A stretch of DNA of 63,982 nucleotides, counting the filler, from Octopus bimaculoides (lineage: Eukaryota): NCBI RefSeq assembly GCF_001194135.2. It is 3 parts of 3 records of this genome, joined end to end, with 100 filler letters (N's around TTAATTAATTAA, not from the genome) between each part and the next. Parts side by side here need not be neighbours in the genome. Positions count along the whole stretch, not along the records: positions 1 to 28,720 come from NC_068987.1; 2 more parts are not named here. One strand, written 5' to 3'. Shown one piece after another: positions 13,262 to 26,844 of the stretch (position 1 is the stretch's first letter; the number at the start of each line of letters is the position of its first letter). The notes under the pieces were generated by a model, which was given only the letters and a program-made list of their open reading frames with translations, was not told the DNA's origin and searched no databases. Position numbers and translations under genes: made by a program.

Positions 13262-14551
13262 CAAATATTTGAACCACTTCATAAGCCAAACGATCAGATT
13301 AATTACATTAATATAGCTTCCGAACATCCACCCTCAATTATACGGGGAATAGTTAAGAATATTTCTACAAGAATCTCTAGATTATCCGCTAATAATGAAA
13401 TTTTCGAATCACACGCAACTTATTATAACGCTGCTCTAGCTAGGGCTGGGTACCATGAAAAAAATTTATATATCCAAGAAGCAGGCATACACAACGCTGG
13501 TAATTCCTCCAACTGTGATACACGTTGTATGCCATCACAACGTCAATGTTTGAGAACTCACTCAGATAAAAAATACAAGTTAGGAAGAATTGGTCATATC
13601 AATGAACTAACAACGAAAACTCATAGACACACGCGACATAATAATCCAACTACTTGTTCCAATCGTGTACAGCTCACTCGATCAAATAAGCCTAACCACA
13701 GATATAAGAATCAGGATGTCCTCTCGTTCAACCCGATTTTCGGTTTGCATGTTTCAATATCGCTGCAAAATTTTTGCTACTTTGGACAAATGTTTTCCTT
13801 TATCTAATCGGTATCATACTATTTTTAATCGGCACACCGTGAAAGTTTCCTACGCCAACTCTGCTAATTTAGAGCAACTTATGCATCGCATAAACAATAA
13901 CAAAATGCGGCAAAGTTTCAGTAACCCACCTACTAGATCTAGCGAACATTTGCCTCTAAATATTAGCCAAGGAGATGTAAACCGCAACGATAAACACCGA
14001 CCAATTTGTAGTAGTAGAATATTTATGATACAGCTAACATGGTAACAACGCCGGCAAATGGAGTCAGGACTGCCTTATATACAAATAAATACGATAAATG
14101 CTCATGCAGAGAAAAATTAAAATGTCCTTTGATGAATTTCTGTATGAGTACAAATCTCGTATATAAATGTACCGTGCACACAAGGGGAGGGCCGTATGTT
14201 TACATTGGGCAGACAGCTGATTCATTTAAGAATCATTATCATAACCATGTTGCCAGCTTTAAGACAATCAATAAGAGACATTCAACATCTTTGGCAGATT
14301 TTGTATGGTGACTGAAAGAGGATAAAACGAAGTACAGCATAACTTGGTCCATAGTAATGTACGCGAAACCATACATTATAATTTCCAGGAGATGCTGTCT
14401 CTGCTCCGAGAAGTTCTTCTCTATTCTGTGGACTAATGAGAAGATCATTAATAGAGTTTATGAACGACTCTCGAGATGCCTGCGCGCATATAAATGTATT
14501 TTCGCACAATGCAGTGGAAATGAATGTTTAGTAACCGTTAATATAATTTGA
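13262..14551 (+). mobile_element. Decayed Penelope-like retroelement: RT C-terminal region and GIY-YIG endonuclease
   Basis: Across frameshifts it reads KPNDQINYINIASEHPPSIIRGIVKNISTRISRLSANNEIF...; LDKCFPLSNRYHTIFNRHTVKVSY; CSCREKLKCPLMNFCMSTNLVYKCTV...VYIGQT (YIG at 14201-14209)...NHVASF...W*LK...CCLCSEK...ERLSRC. The 5' side is lost in the N gap. Confidence 0.9.
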
Positions 14552-15591
14552 TTTACTTTAAGGTATGGATGCCTTCTCCCTATTCTTACAACTATCAAGT
14601 AGCTAGCTAACTCGCTTTGTGATCATGAGTGCACCAAACCTCATGTGTGCGTATGCTCATATTTTTGCGGATGCTTGTATGAGCGAGTGAACTCGTGCCA
14701 TGCAGCAAGGGCGTTTATACATCCATATCTGTTAACGGTTATATATAATTCTTTTCTCGCTGGATTGCATGTTCGTTTCTCTTTCTGCCATCTGTGATTT
14801 TATTTTTGATCTATATAAATGAAAATATTTCCTCCTCTTGCTGTTTTTCTTTCTACAAAACGAGAAGCTACATTGCGGAACTGTTATCTTAACATGTTGT
14901 ATTTATATATCACTTGACGAGATACATCCGCCGGATGCCCCTGAACCAGTTGTTGAGTGTCCCACCCATGAGGGATCGATGCTAGATGTGTCGAAACAAT
15001 TGTCATGATTAATAATAAATTCTCGTATATTCCATCTTTCGTCTTCCATATATATATATATATATAATATAATATAATATAATATAATATAATATAATAT
15101 AAATAATATATAAATATATGCATATATCCATACATATATGTACATACCTACATCTATATGTATGCATACATGCATATATGGGTACAGGACATAAAAAAAA
15201 GTTAAACACAATGTGAAACGAAAATGGTGGGAGAGAAAAACAGAAAGGATGAAGAACAAGAGAGGGAGAGAGATAGACAGGGAAGTGATAGTAATAGTAG
15301 TAGAGTGCGCATTGTAATTATTAAAATAAAACTTACTTGGAAAAGAATGTGAGGCGTTCGATCATATAATAATATAAATAATATATAAATATATGCATAT
15401 ATCCATACATATATGTACATACCTACATCTATATGTATACATACATCCATATATGGGTACAGGACATAAAAAGAAACGTTAAACAATGATAAATGAAAAC
15501 ATAAAAACGAAAATAGAAAACGAACATTTTTGGAACAACGAAAAAACAGAGTGGCTTAACAGCCCTTACTGTTTGTTTTTACTGTCTTGTT

Positions 15592-15749
15592 GACGGGCTT
15601 CTTTCAGTTTTCGTCTACCAAATCCACTGACAAGGCGTTGGACGGTCCGAAGCTATAGTAGAAGACACCTGCTCAAGGTGCCACGCAAGGAGACTGAACC
15701 CGGAACCTTGTGGTTGGTAAGCAAGCTACTTACCACACAGCCACTCCAG
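15592..15749 (-). mobile_element. 5' half of SINE S1
   Basis: Reverse complement of the 4284-4447 type sequence, including the A/B boxes and CORE-like segment. Confidence 0.85.
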
Positions 15750-17795
15750 GGTAATAACGAGCAGGAAAATGAAATAAACTTTAGTATAAATGATTGTTTA
15801 GATATAGGTAAGCCCTGATGAAGCAAACCGAGGATGAAAACTATTCCAGCCGTGGCATTCCTGTCATTTTACGATCAGCTGGACATATTATCCAATTGTT
15901 CCCTTCCTCGTCGAAGAGTGTGTGATAAAACGTAAGGGAAAATTGGTTGCTATCTCAGTCTGGTTGTGCGGCGCGATGACGCTTCCTTGAAATCTGCCGT
16001 GCTACGAATAAGACAACACAAACGTAATTAAGAATGAATAAGAAAAAAATAAAAAAGGAAATGAAATTTAATTATTTAGCGCCACGTTGTAACGAGACGT
16101 ATTTCTGAAAGTTTATTTTATAATCACATTCTTGTCAACTAATTTCATATGAAATATTTCTTTCATATGAAAATAATAAAGCAGATTTTAAAAGAAAATG
16201 CGGGACGTTATTTTGTTTAAAAATTGCATTATTATACACACACCACCAAATTAAATATCATCAGACGAAAAGGAAAATTCTCCTTGGGGTACTCAACAGT
16301 GATAGAACATTAGATTATCACATACTTTCGTGTTAGCAATAAGTCACCTGCTATCAATATTAAAATGATATTCGAGACAAAAGTTCTCATTTCAATTCTC
16401 AAATGGCTCAGTCTAAGTGCGAAGTAGTAAGAGAGAGCAATTCTCTAACGATGTTTGTAAAACAATACTTTAGAATAGATGAGTATTTTGTCAGTCAGTG
16501 GACAATGATTCTCATTACTTTTTTCTTTTTTAGATTCTAATTCGATATTTGATTCATGTATCTTTGTATGTTTGCGTTCAAATCTCACCGGGTAACCTTT
16601 GATTTTTTATACTTCACAGAATTTCAAAATAAACACCACAAAAGTATGTTAAAACGATAATAATCGACTAATCACTTTCATACAAAGCATTGCTATATAA
16701 AAATATACAACCACACACATACACATATGTATGTAGGTAGGTATGTATATGTATACACATGTGTATTTATCATGTATATATTATCAAAAGAAACCCAACA
16801 AATATGTATTCGTACGTGAAACCCCCTCCACACACGTTAGGTATGTTCAATGAGATATTCACCGCACCCGACTTTAAAATATTTGATTAATGACAGTGGT
16901 GCACCAGACAATGGTCTACAAGCAATTCATCAGATTTTACCGCTGTTTGAAAGATAAGAGGAAGAGAGAAAGACAGAGAGATTGTTAGAGACAAAGATAA
17001 CTCTCAATTATGTATGCATACGCTTATGCATACATACATATATACAAACCCACAGCTACACAAACATGCACATACACACGCACGTATTCCCGTGTGCGTG
17101 AACATATAAATATGTGTGTGTGTATGTGTGTGTGCGCGCCTGTATTTGTGTGTGTGTATCTATGTATATCAACACACAAACACATGTAGATATATATCTG
17201 AAAACATATACACCTATATATGGCCAATATTCCGCATTTTCATGTGTTGTATATATTGATGTCTGTTCTTTCTGCTTGCTTAATTAAGAATTTATATTCG
17301 ACTTGACGTGTAGTCTTTGTCCATTTCCAGTGATTAAAACTCTTCCTTAGATGAACTAAAATAATTACTGCATAGATTTTAGTGCGTCTATCTAATAGGT
17401 AGTTGAACGCCTATACTTAAGAGTCCGAGCTTATATTTCTTATGTAAAGAATTCCTAAGACAGTATAATTTCTCGTTGAAGTAGACTTATCTATCCTTGC
17501 TTGATTCTTAACAAATCAACAAAGCACGAAGCAATATCTCATGTAAATTAGCTTGTGACTGTTTTTAACTCAACAGCGGCTGATGAGTTAAATTCTGTGT
17601 GTTTTATTTAACACCTCCAATTTTGGTTTATTTCATTCACACAAAGAAAGAACTCTAACAGTTATTACCTGCTGAACCATCGAGTACTCGCGGTCATGAT
17701 AATGAGATATCTCAGTTTGATGAAGTAAGATTGTTTTAACTAATTTGCGTCCATACACAATGCATACACACATAGTAAGCCTTAATTATCCGTTT

Positions 17796-17935
17796 AGTAA
17801 GAAGTTTGTTTCCCAGCCTCATGGTTCTGGTTCGGTCCCACTGCGTGACACCTTGGGCAAGTGTCTTCTTCTATAGCCACGGATCGACTAAAGCATGGCG
17901 AGTGGATTTGCTAGACGGAAACTGAAAGCAGTTCA
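17796..17935 (+). mobile_element. Degenerate SINE S1 5' half
   Basis: GGTTCGGTCCCACTGCGTGACACCTTGGGCAAGTGTCTTC...GTGGATTTGCTAGACGGAAACTGAAAG. Confidence 0.75.
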
Positions 17936-17954
17936 TCCAGTGCACGCGCGCGTG

Positions 17955-18017
<63 letters not shown>

Positions 18018-18090
18018 ATATACATATATATACATGCATTCATATATATATATATAAACACATATATATGTATACATGCATACATACATA

Positions 18091-18161
<71 letters not shown>

Positions 18162-18203
18162 ATATTCATCATGTTGGACTGCTGTGTTTATTTTCTCTTA
18201 TTC

Positions 18204-18239
18204 CTTTCTGTTGAAGAGCGTACGCTCGAAACGTAAAAG
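18204..18239 (+). ncRNA. Minimal type I hammerhead ribozyme-like motif (A6U core variant)
   Basis: CTTT-CTGTTGA-A-GAGCGTACGCTC-GAA-ACGT-A/AAAG: stem I CTTT/AAAG, stem II GAGC/GCTC, palindromic stem III ACGT, predicted GUA cleavage after 18235. Confidence 0.6.
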
Positions 18240-18403
18240 ATCTTTTCATATTCACGATCTTCAAACTGATACACGTACTTGATGTTCATACACCTGGCTT
18301 CGTCTTGATTTTTCTACAAATTTCAATTGTATATGTTGAATAAAATGAGACAACAAAACCAAGGCTGTGAGGAATTTATAGGACATTTATAAAGAGAAAG
18401 GTA

Positions 18404-18451
18404 GTCTTACAGCTGTTTCTGGGATATTAAGAATGTCTCTTCGTCAGAAAC
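18404..18451 (-). ncRNA. Type I hammerhead ribozyme motif with canonical core
   Basis: Minus strand GTTT-CTGACGA-AGAGACATTCTTAATATCCCA-GAA-ACAGCTGT-A/AGAC: intact CUGANGA and GAAA, palindromic stem III ACAGCTGT, 4-bp stem I with one G-U pair, partly degenerate stem II. Confidence 0.65.
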
Positions 18452-21329
18452 GATATGAGGGAGTTAAGTTGAGGGAAATAATGGAGTTCTCTATAAGGAG
18501 TTATTTTGGAAAAGATGGATATAGGAAGTATAAAGGGAAATAAGAGAATAAAAGTAAAAATATATGTAGGATATTACAGTTGCAGTTCCATTATCCAAGG
18601 AAAGTGGTGTGTAGAATGGGTAGAAATGCTTTTTGTCCATGGTATGTAGATTCTGATAGGAGTTCATATTTTGTTATTATAACAAATAATTGAGATTCAG
18701 TTGAACTGGGTACTTTAGTTGAAGCACCAAGTCAGTCCGGTATTATCCGCACAGCTCGAAGTAAGGTGAATAAAATCAAAAATATCCATATAAACGTATA
18801 AATATTTGCGCATGTTCATAATTTATTTTCATGATTATCACAAGCATTAGATGAATTCACTGGGTAGCATGGTCCACGTTTTAAAGCACCAAGGCTTCGT
18901 TGGAAATATTACGGCCGGGAATGTACCCCACTGCAGCAGGATAACAAAATATGCAATTTCATATTGGAAGTATCTTGTATTCGTCCAAACTTTATTTGAA
19001 CACTTGATTACACATTCAACTTCTTATAACCCAGGGAAGTGGTGGTTTAAAAGTGACAGACGAAGGAGACGAGTAGAATGTTTAGCTTCATATTCTATGC
19101 AACGTCTCTTTCTACACGAAGTGACAGCTCATGTCTTGAAGCTTTAAAATCTGGTATTAATGTTGATGTTGCTTCTGCTGTTTCTGCTGTTTCTGCTGTT
19201 TCTGCTGTTTCTGCTGTTACTTTGCTCCTCTTCCAGTTATTATAGTTGTTGTTCATGTTGTTATTGAGTTAGCAGATATGCTCACTTTTCTTCTTTTGCC
19301 TTTTGCTGCAGGCAGACTTACTTGAGATGGTTCTTGGCTTTACATATCTGACATCTCGACCTTCTCCTTTCTACCGACAGAAATAGCTGTTCCATATTAC
19401 CTGTCTGTAGGGACGATCTGCTTCGGTACTAAGTTGTTCTTAGCATTTTTTTTTCATTTTCCTATATTCCTGGCATTCTGTTCATGAAAGTTTCGTTCCT
19501 ATACACCAGTTTGTCATTGTGCCTTTATCAAAATATTTCATCGATAGAAAGGTGCGAGGTTCGTCTCAAATGACGTTTCTACTTTGCTTCTTCACGTATC
19601 ATCTACTTTACACTTGTTTTTGCTTTTACAATTGTTCCACTAATCGATCTGTTACCATTTTCCTACACCCAAATGAGGCAGTCCTCCTCCTCCCCACTAT
19701 ATTTTCTGACGCTAGCAATCTTATCGTTGAAGGTGATGTCGAGTTCCGTAGTAGAAGCAAGGAGTTTGGTAGCCATAGTGTTGCTTGTTACCACGGAATT
19801 CTGTTGACGTTTAGGATCCATTTAGATTGTTATTTATCTCCAGATCGAATTCTCAACCAACAAACATCTTTGCCATGACAATAATGTCTTTGCAGAGGTA
19901 TGTTTAAGACTATATTTTCCAGTTGTTTTTTTTTTTTCATACTGAAGAATGCAGGATACATTGTACACTTATGTGTGTGCTATTTACAGCAAATCAATGC
20001 GTGATGAAGGGGCTCTGACATCAGATTGGAATATTCGTTCCCATAGTCTTTAATTGTGTATTAGATGGTATTTTCCATAATGCATGTTTCGAAATTTATG
20101 TGATTTAACTGTTTCAGTAGATACTTCAACGCGCAGTTTGGAGACTGAAAAGCAAATAGTTCTGCTAGTATTTTCATGATTTATTTAAACCAAACTCGAT
20201 TCCTTGTTATGACTACATCGACAGAACTGGCAGAACAATCTGAAATGCATTCATAGATAAGGTATCGCATCATCGGTTCCCGAATGACTTCTTGCTGTAC
20301 ATCAAAGCAATTGTGCCAATCTTTTACTCTAAATTTAACTATGTTACCTGGTATCTTATTCAGCGCTATTTATTTCTCAGCTGCTTAAGGCTAGAAAGAG
20401 CGGAGTTGAGAATCTTTGCTTGTGACTCTGTGATTTAAGAAAAGGGTTCGATCTTGTTTTTAACCCCCGAAGCGTTAAAATTTCTAAAGGCTTCTAATAT
20501 CGTATTCAAAGACACTGTAAAACCTGAACGTGTGATACATCAGCACAGATAACACAAATTCTAATCTGATTTTTTACACGATTTCTTCACTTTCTGACAA
20601 CAAATACATAGAAAAGGTGAGATTTAAAACTTTGGCTAGAAGAATTACCTTCTCACTTGAATCAATAATATGCTATTCGCAATGAAAACACCACGATAAA
20701 CGCATTGGAAGGAAGTATTGTACCTCGATTGTCCTTTCTATAGAGAATAGACACGTAGTTGCGGAGAAGTAAGCGACCAAGTTGACTTGTTGTGTATCTC
20801 AGAGCTATCGAAGCAGACATAATTCGATGGATTTGAATGATAAATTTTAATATCTCTATCAGATATTTCAAGCAGAACATCACCCTCCAGGCATTTCCAT
20901 CCTGCTATTTCATTTACGTATTTCACTTTGCAATAAGAAAAAAGTAAATAAATAAAATAACACCCACCGAAGAAACGATGTGAATTTGTAATTCATTATC
21001 ATTTTATCACATCAGTAATTTGACAACATATAACATTTAGTAATACAGAGCATAGCTTGAAGCAATGGAAATGACAGCAAATAAAGTTGTTGAATAACAC
21101 TAAGTAATAAGCATCTTTCTTGGAAACTAATAGTGCGCATGCGTTTAAATATTGAATTAAGTGACTGATAGGCTATATCAAGTGTACAGGGCGACATCAA
21201 AGCCATAATCAGAGAGTCTATAAATCAGTTTTAGTAGTTGTCTGTGGTGAGCAGAATTGACAATTCCCAGAAGCATTTATTAAAATTATCAGCACTTCAG
21301 AAATGCAATTAATTAATTGGTGAAAAATA

Positions 21330-21364
<35 letters not shown>

Positions 21365-22066
21365 CAGAACTCGATTTGAAAATAAGGCACACACACAGAC
21401 ACACATACGAACACACACACACACATACACACACACGCACACTCATATATACATGTGTATGTAAATGTGTATGTATATATGTGTGCATAAGAGTGTACAG
21501 ACAAAAGTAAAGAACACTCTACCTTGTGTAGAGTTTATTTTTATACGATTCATTTGTACGCCACCATTTAAAGTTCCAAAAACACACGTAAAATGCGAGT
21601 GCGACATTCTACCACTCATGAATGAAGAAGTAATCGTCTGTCGCTGAATAAGTTATCATTTATTGATTTTTCGTAAGATCAATTTTTATTGATGAAAGTA
21701 GATGGGGCGTTCGAAAATATCGTCGACCTATATCGGACTAGGGAACAGCTAGATCCGTATTCAGCCAATGTCACCTAATCCCAACTATATTTAGAAATTT
21801 CTCAGCTGACATGTGCGGTGGATTACCCAACGTATTTACGGAAAAGGAAATTTCCGACCGAAAGATCCTGCTTTATAACATGGCTTTAGCCAGCAGCGAG
21901 GGGAACCCTCCCACTGCAAACCACAAGAGATTTCATGCGAGAACATTATTATTATTTTTTTTCTTGGTACATACAGTCTGTACCCCTCTTTTTCTTAATA
22001 CATAGAGTCTGTCTGTGTCACTTTTTGGGTGGAGTGACCCTTACCGAGTTAACAACTTCCTTGTTA

Positions 22067-22151
<85 letters not shown>

Positions 22152-22518
22152 NNNNNNNNNNNNNNNNNNNNNNNNNNNNNNNNNNNNNNNNNNNNNNNNN
22201 NNNNNNNNNNNNNNNNNNNNNNNNNNNNNNNNNNNNNNNNNNNNNNNNNNNNNNNNNNNNNNNNNNNNNNNNNNNNNNNNNNNNNNNNNNNNNNNNNNNN
22301 NNNNNNNNNNNNNNNNNNNNNNNNNNNNNNNNNNNNNNNNNNNNNNNNNNNNNNNNNNNNNNNNNNNNNNNNNNNNNNNNNNNNNNNNNNNNNNNNNNNN
22401 NNNNNNNNNNNNNNNNNNNNNNNNNNNNNNNNNNNNNNNNNNNNNNNNNNNNNNNNNNNNNNNNNNNNNNNNNNNNNNNNNNNNNNNNNNNNNNNNNNNN
22501 NNNNNNNNATTATTATTA

Positions 22519-22569
<51 letters not shown>

Positions 22570-22587
<18 letters not shown>

Positions 22588-22989
22588 GTTTGACTTTTTC
22601 TTTGTATTTGTACAAGTTGACTTCAAGTCTCACCCAGAGACCTCAAGAGACAACATGTTGGTGTTATGCCTAGGGTGCCATATATTTGGTTTTGTACATA
22701 GTGTTGTTCTAGAAAATGTTTAAGAAAACATAAGAAAATTATGGGTTTGTTTTAAAATTTGAGATTACATGGACAGTATTTTACGTAGGATATGGATAGT
22801 TCCCATGAGCATTATTTTTTGAATTTCTGCCATTTTGGGGTTTCCTGGTATCTGAGCTAGGTAGCAATCAACACCTTTTGCTATCATTCCTAGGGCACCT
22901 ATGTCAACAGGTATTGTTTTAGTCTTCAGGTTCCACATTTTGCTAATTTCTATTTCAAGATCTTTATACTTGTTCAGTTTTTGGTACGT
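22570..22989 (-). mobile_element. 3' end of a restriction-like-endonuclease non-LTR retrotransposon (HERO/NeSL-like) with (AAT)n tail
   Basis: Open frame YQKLNKYKDLEIEISKMWNLKTKTIPVDIGALGMIAKGVDCYLAQIPGNPKMAEIQKIMLMGTIHILRKILSM* (stop at 22765-22767), with K..KY.DL and IGALG motifs, followed by a 3' UTR running into (AAT)n. Confidence 0.85.
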
Positions 22990-23004
22990 TTATATCGATT
23001 TGGA

Positions 23005-23423
23005 GAGTCGTATCAATGAGGAGATATGCGCATGACCTCGCAGGTGGAGCCCAGTTAGAATTTTCTTCAGCTTGAGTAGCCTAACCCGCTGAAAAAGGTC
23101 CCTGAATAAGGCTTAAGGATGATGAACAAAAACACTCACATTTCTAGAGGAGAATTATTCAAACTCAAAAGAATTCCTCTCAACACATAGCTATGATTCT
23201 CCCCACTACTTCTGCTCGTGATCAGAGATGCACATAACATCAGCCACTAAGAGACATACTCAACAAGCTATGGTCAAACAGTCGACAAGCAAATCTGTGT
23301 AACTGAGAAGAATATTTGGTGTAGCCCATCTTTTATCACCAAGGCAAAACTTGTACATGATAATACTTCCGATCAGTCAAGATCAGAAGCCATGAGAGTC
23401 AATACCTGGTACTGCATCCGGGA

Positions 23424-23464
<41 letters not shown>
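23005..23464 (+). repeat. Unclassified interspersed repeat, probably a retroelement 3' UTR ending in (ATT)n
   Basis: Non-coding complex sequence ending abruptly in an (ATT)n tail; resembles an abundant octopus repeat as I recall it, not verified. Confidence 0.4.
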
Positions 23465-23466
<2 letters not shown>

Positions 23467-23843
23467 TGTTTTATTATGCAATTAAACATCAGATGAAAAT
23501 ATATGAGATGAAAAATTTGTCGTCACTTCCTTTATGATAAAAACACAACACATATTTGACGTACAAATTCAGAAATGTTTTTTCTGCGTTCAATTATTTA
23601 TTCGTTTCCGCTATCGATTATATTTTCATGTATGAACACTAATCATTAATTCATAAAACTCAAGATTGTTTTCTATTTCAATAATTAAAATATTGTTTAT
23701 TAATAAATTTATGACCATTTGGGTGGTTTTTTTTTTTTTTACATTTCAAAGATTCATTCACATTTAACACGATCAGTTTAATAATACTATTCGATTGCTA
23801 ATAATTTTGCTGTCTCTGTCGTACTCTCTTTCCAGTTACATTA

Positions 23844-23922
<79 letters not shown>

Positions 23923-24250
23923 CATCTATCTATATCTGTCTGTCTGTCTGTCTGTCTGTGTGTCTCTGTCTATTTGTTAACGATTACATTCTCTCCACTT
24001 TTGAATATATATTGTCATAGTGTCTGATTCCCTTCTCTCTATCTCCATCACGTTCTCTCATATAATATATATCTATGCCTGTTATACTTCTGCTTTTAGG
24101 GCTTGTCTTTCCTTTTCGCTATAGGATTTTTGAAATATTTCCTTATTGTTTGTTTGTTTGTTTGTTTGTTTGTTTCTTTCTTTCTCTCTGCTGCTTATAA
24201 CAACTCAGCTTAAAATATTTCCTTCCCTCTTTGTCTTTGTTTCTTTATCA

Positions 24251-24334
<84 letters not shown>

Positions 24335-25329
24335 CCATCCAACCATCCATCCATACTAACGTACTACATACAAACATACAAACATAGATATGCGTATAAA
24401 CAAACAGACATGCATTTCCTAGTCGTATGCTCGAACTATCTCCCTCATTTTTCAGATTAATTCCTTTAGATTTCTCCCCCGTTCCTCCACTTCAGTTTCT
24501 CTGGATGTTTCTCTTTTTTCTCTCAACTTCATCGCCTCTTCTATTTTCATTACATCATTTCATTTCCCTCCATCCCTTATAGCGTTTCAATTCCCATCTT
24601 CCTTACAATTTTAATTTTACATTCCACCATACTTTATACCTTTTGGTGGTTCCCTCTTTTTACAGCCATCCCCGCCTCTCTCTCTCTTTCTCTCTCTCTC
24701 TGTCAACCAATTGCTCTAATATTTTTGTCTCCCTTTCTATACCTACTCTCTATCTATGTTTCTGCCGGAAGTGGTTTCCTCACGATTGTTTCGTCTCCCC
24801 TTTCACTCTCTCATTCATTGTCACCTGCCTTCTCCGTCTTTCATCTCAATCCCACTTCACCCCACGCCAGATCTCTGATCTATCTCTCTGAAAATATTCC
24901 CCTATAATTCTATTTCGTCCTTTTGTTAATATTCTTAAATTCCTTGCAAACCTTCGCTCCCCACGCTCCCCTCCGCATTTGTTGTATTTTGTCATAAATA
25001 TTAATTTCCCGGACCATAATTTAATTTATTAAATAGAATCATTTTACGCAACAGTTTGCAAAAGTCATAACAATCCGTTCAAATCAAAGCGCAGGAATTT
25101 TAATCTCCCTCAAAACAAGAACAAAGACCACAACGACAAAAACAACAACTACAATAATAATTAATTTTTAATATTAGCACAAGGCAAACATTTATTGGTT
25201 CGGGGATAGAATAGATGGAATCAACTTTACCAAATGATTGATACATATTTTGCAGAGCCGCCGGAAGGCGAGAAGACGATAGCGGCGAGTTATAATCACC
25301 TTGTAAATATATAACGTAGCATGGTAATG

Positions 25330-25683
<354 letters not shown>

Positions 25684-25690
<7 letters not shown>

Positions 25691-26130
25691 AGGTACAAGA
25701 TTTGAAATTTGACGGGAAGGGGATAATCGATTATATCGACCCCAGTGCTCGACTGGTACTTATTGCATGGAACCCGAGGAGATGAAAGGCTAAGTCTTCC
25801 ACAGCGGAATTTGAACTTGGACATGCGAACGGACGAATGGTTGAGCCTTGGCTGCAACTCGTAACAGTTGAAGCAAGATCAAAACGTAACATGATAATAA
25901 TAACAATAATAATAACAATGGTTTCAAATTTTAGCACATGGCCAGCAGTTTCGGGGGTGGGGCTACGTGGATCACATCGACCTCAGTACTTGACTGGTAA
26001 ATATTTTATCGATCCCAAAAGGATGAAAGGCAAAGTCGATCTCGGCGGAATTTGAACTCAGAACATGAGACAGATGAAATACTGCTGAGGATTTCGCCCG
26101 TGCTAACGAATCTGCTAGTTCGCCACCTTG
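25684..26130 (-). mobile_element. Two SINE S2 copies separated by an (AAT)-rich linker
   Basis: GATGAAAGGC(A/T)AAGTC...GCGGAATTTGAAC cores at about 25782-25817 and 26021-26058. Confidence 0.75.
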
Positions 26131-26844
26131 ATAATAGGAATAATGATGATGATAATAATAATAATAATAATAATAATAATAGTAGTAGTAGTAGTAATAG
26201 TAGTAGTAATATTTTAAAAAGGATTGACGTAACTCTTCACAAAGGTAAACAGTCAAAACGAAGAGCGCGATTCGATTGTAAGATATTTTATTCGTTGAAC
26301 GACATTTCAACAGTACGTCTGTCTTCGTCAAATTCAAAATGAGAGACGATTAAAAATTCAAAATTATAGAAATTTAAACGTAAAGTATGAACGAGAGCAA
26401 CCAGTGTCCACACGTTGATGGAATGACATCACCAGTTTTTAAGTTACAATTTTATAACAGGTGAAAAGAAAAAGACAGAAAAAATATAAAAAAGAAAACA
26501 ACAGAAAGAAAAGGAAAGAAAAAGAGAGAAAGAAGAATATTTAATCAAACAGTTTTGTATAAATTTGATGATATTCTCCTGTCATCTTATTCATTCCTCC
26601 AGGTCGTGATGTTAATAACCCACAAACATATTATTCCTCATACATTCTGAGAATTGAACGTGGGGCAGATTCAGAATATTTTCTGAGAATATGCACTTTC
26701 AAGTCTTCTTCAAAATTGCAGCTATTGAAGCGAAATGTTCAGCAAGTTCTGTCGAACTACTGTTATTGTGCCTGACGTCAAATCTGTGCCCATAAAACCT
26801 TTTGTTTAATCGATCTGTTGTACAACCGACATAAATTAAGTTGT

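Noticed and set aside
14309-14311. In-frame TGA in the PLE endonuclease as selenocysteine (some Naiad PLEs encode selenoproteins)
   Set aside because: It falls in W-x-LK, not at a conserved Cys position. A CGA to TGA decay is simpler, the copy has frameshifts, and I see no convincing SECIS downstream.
15816-15850. CTGATGA...GAAAA hammerhead candidate
   Set aside because: No stem II or stem III can be formed.
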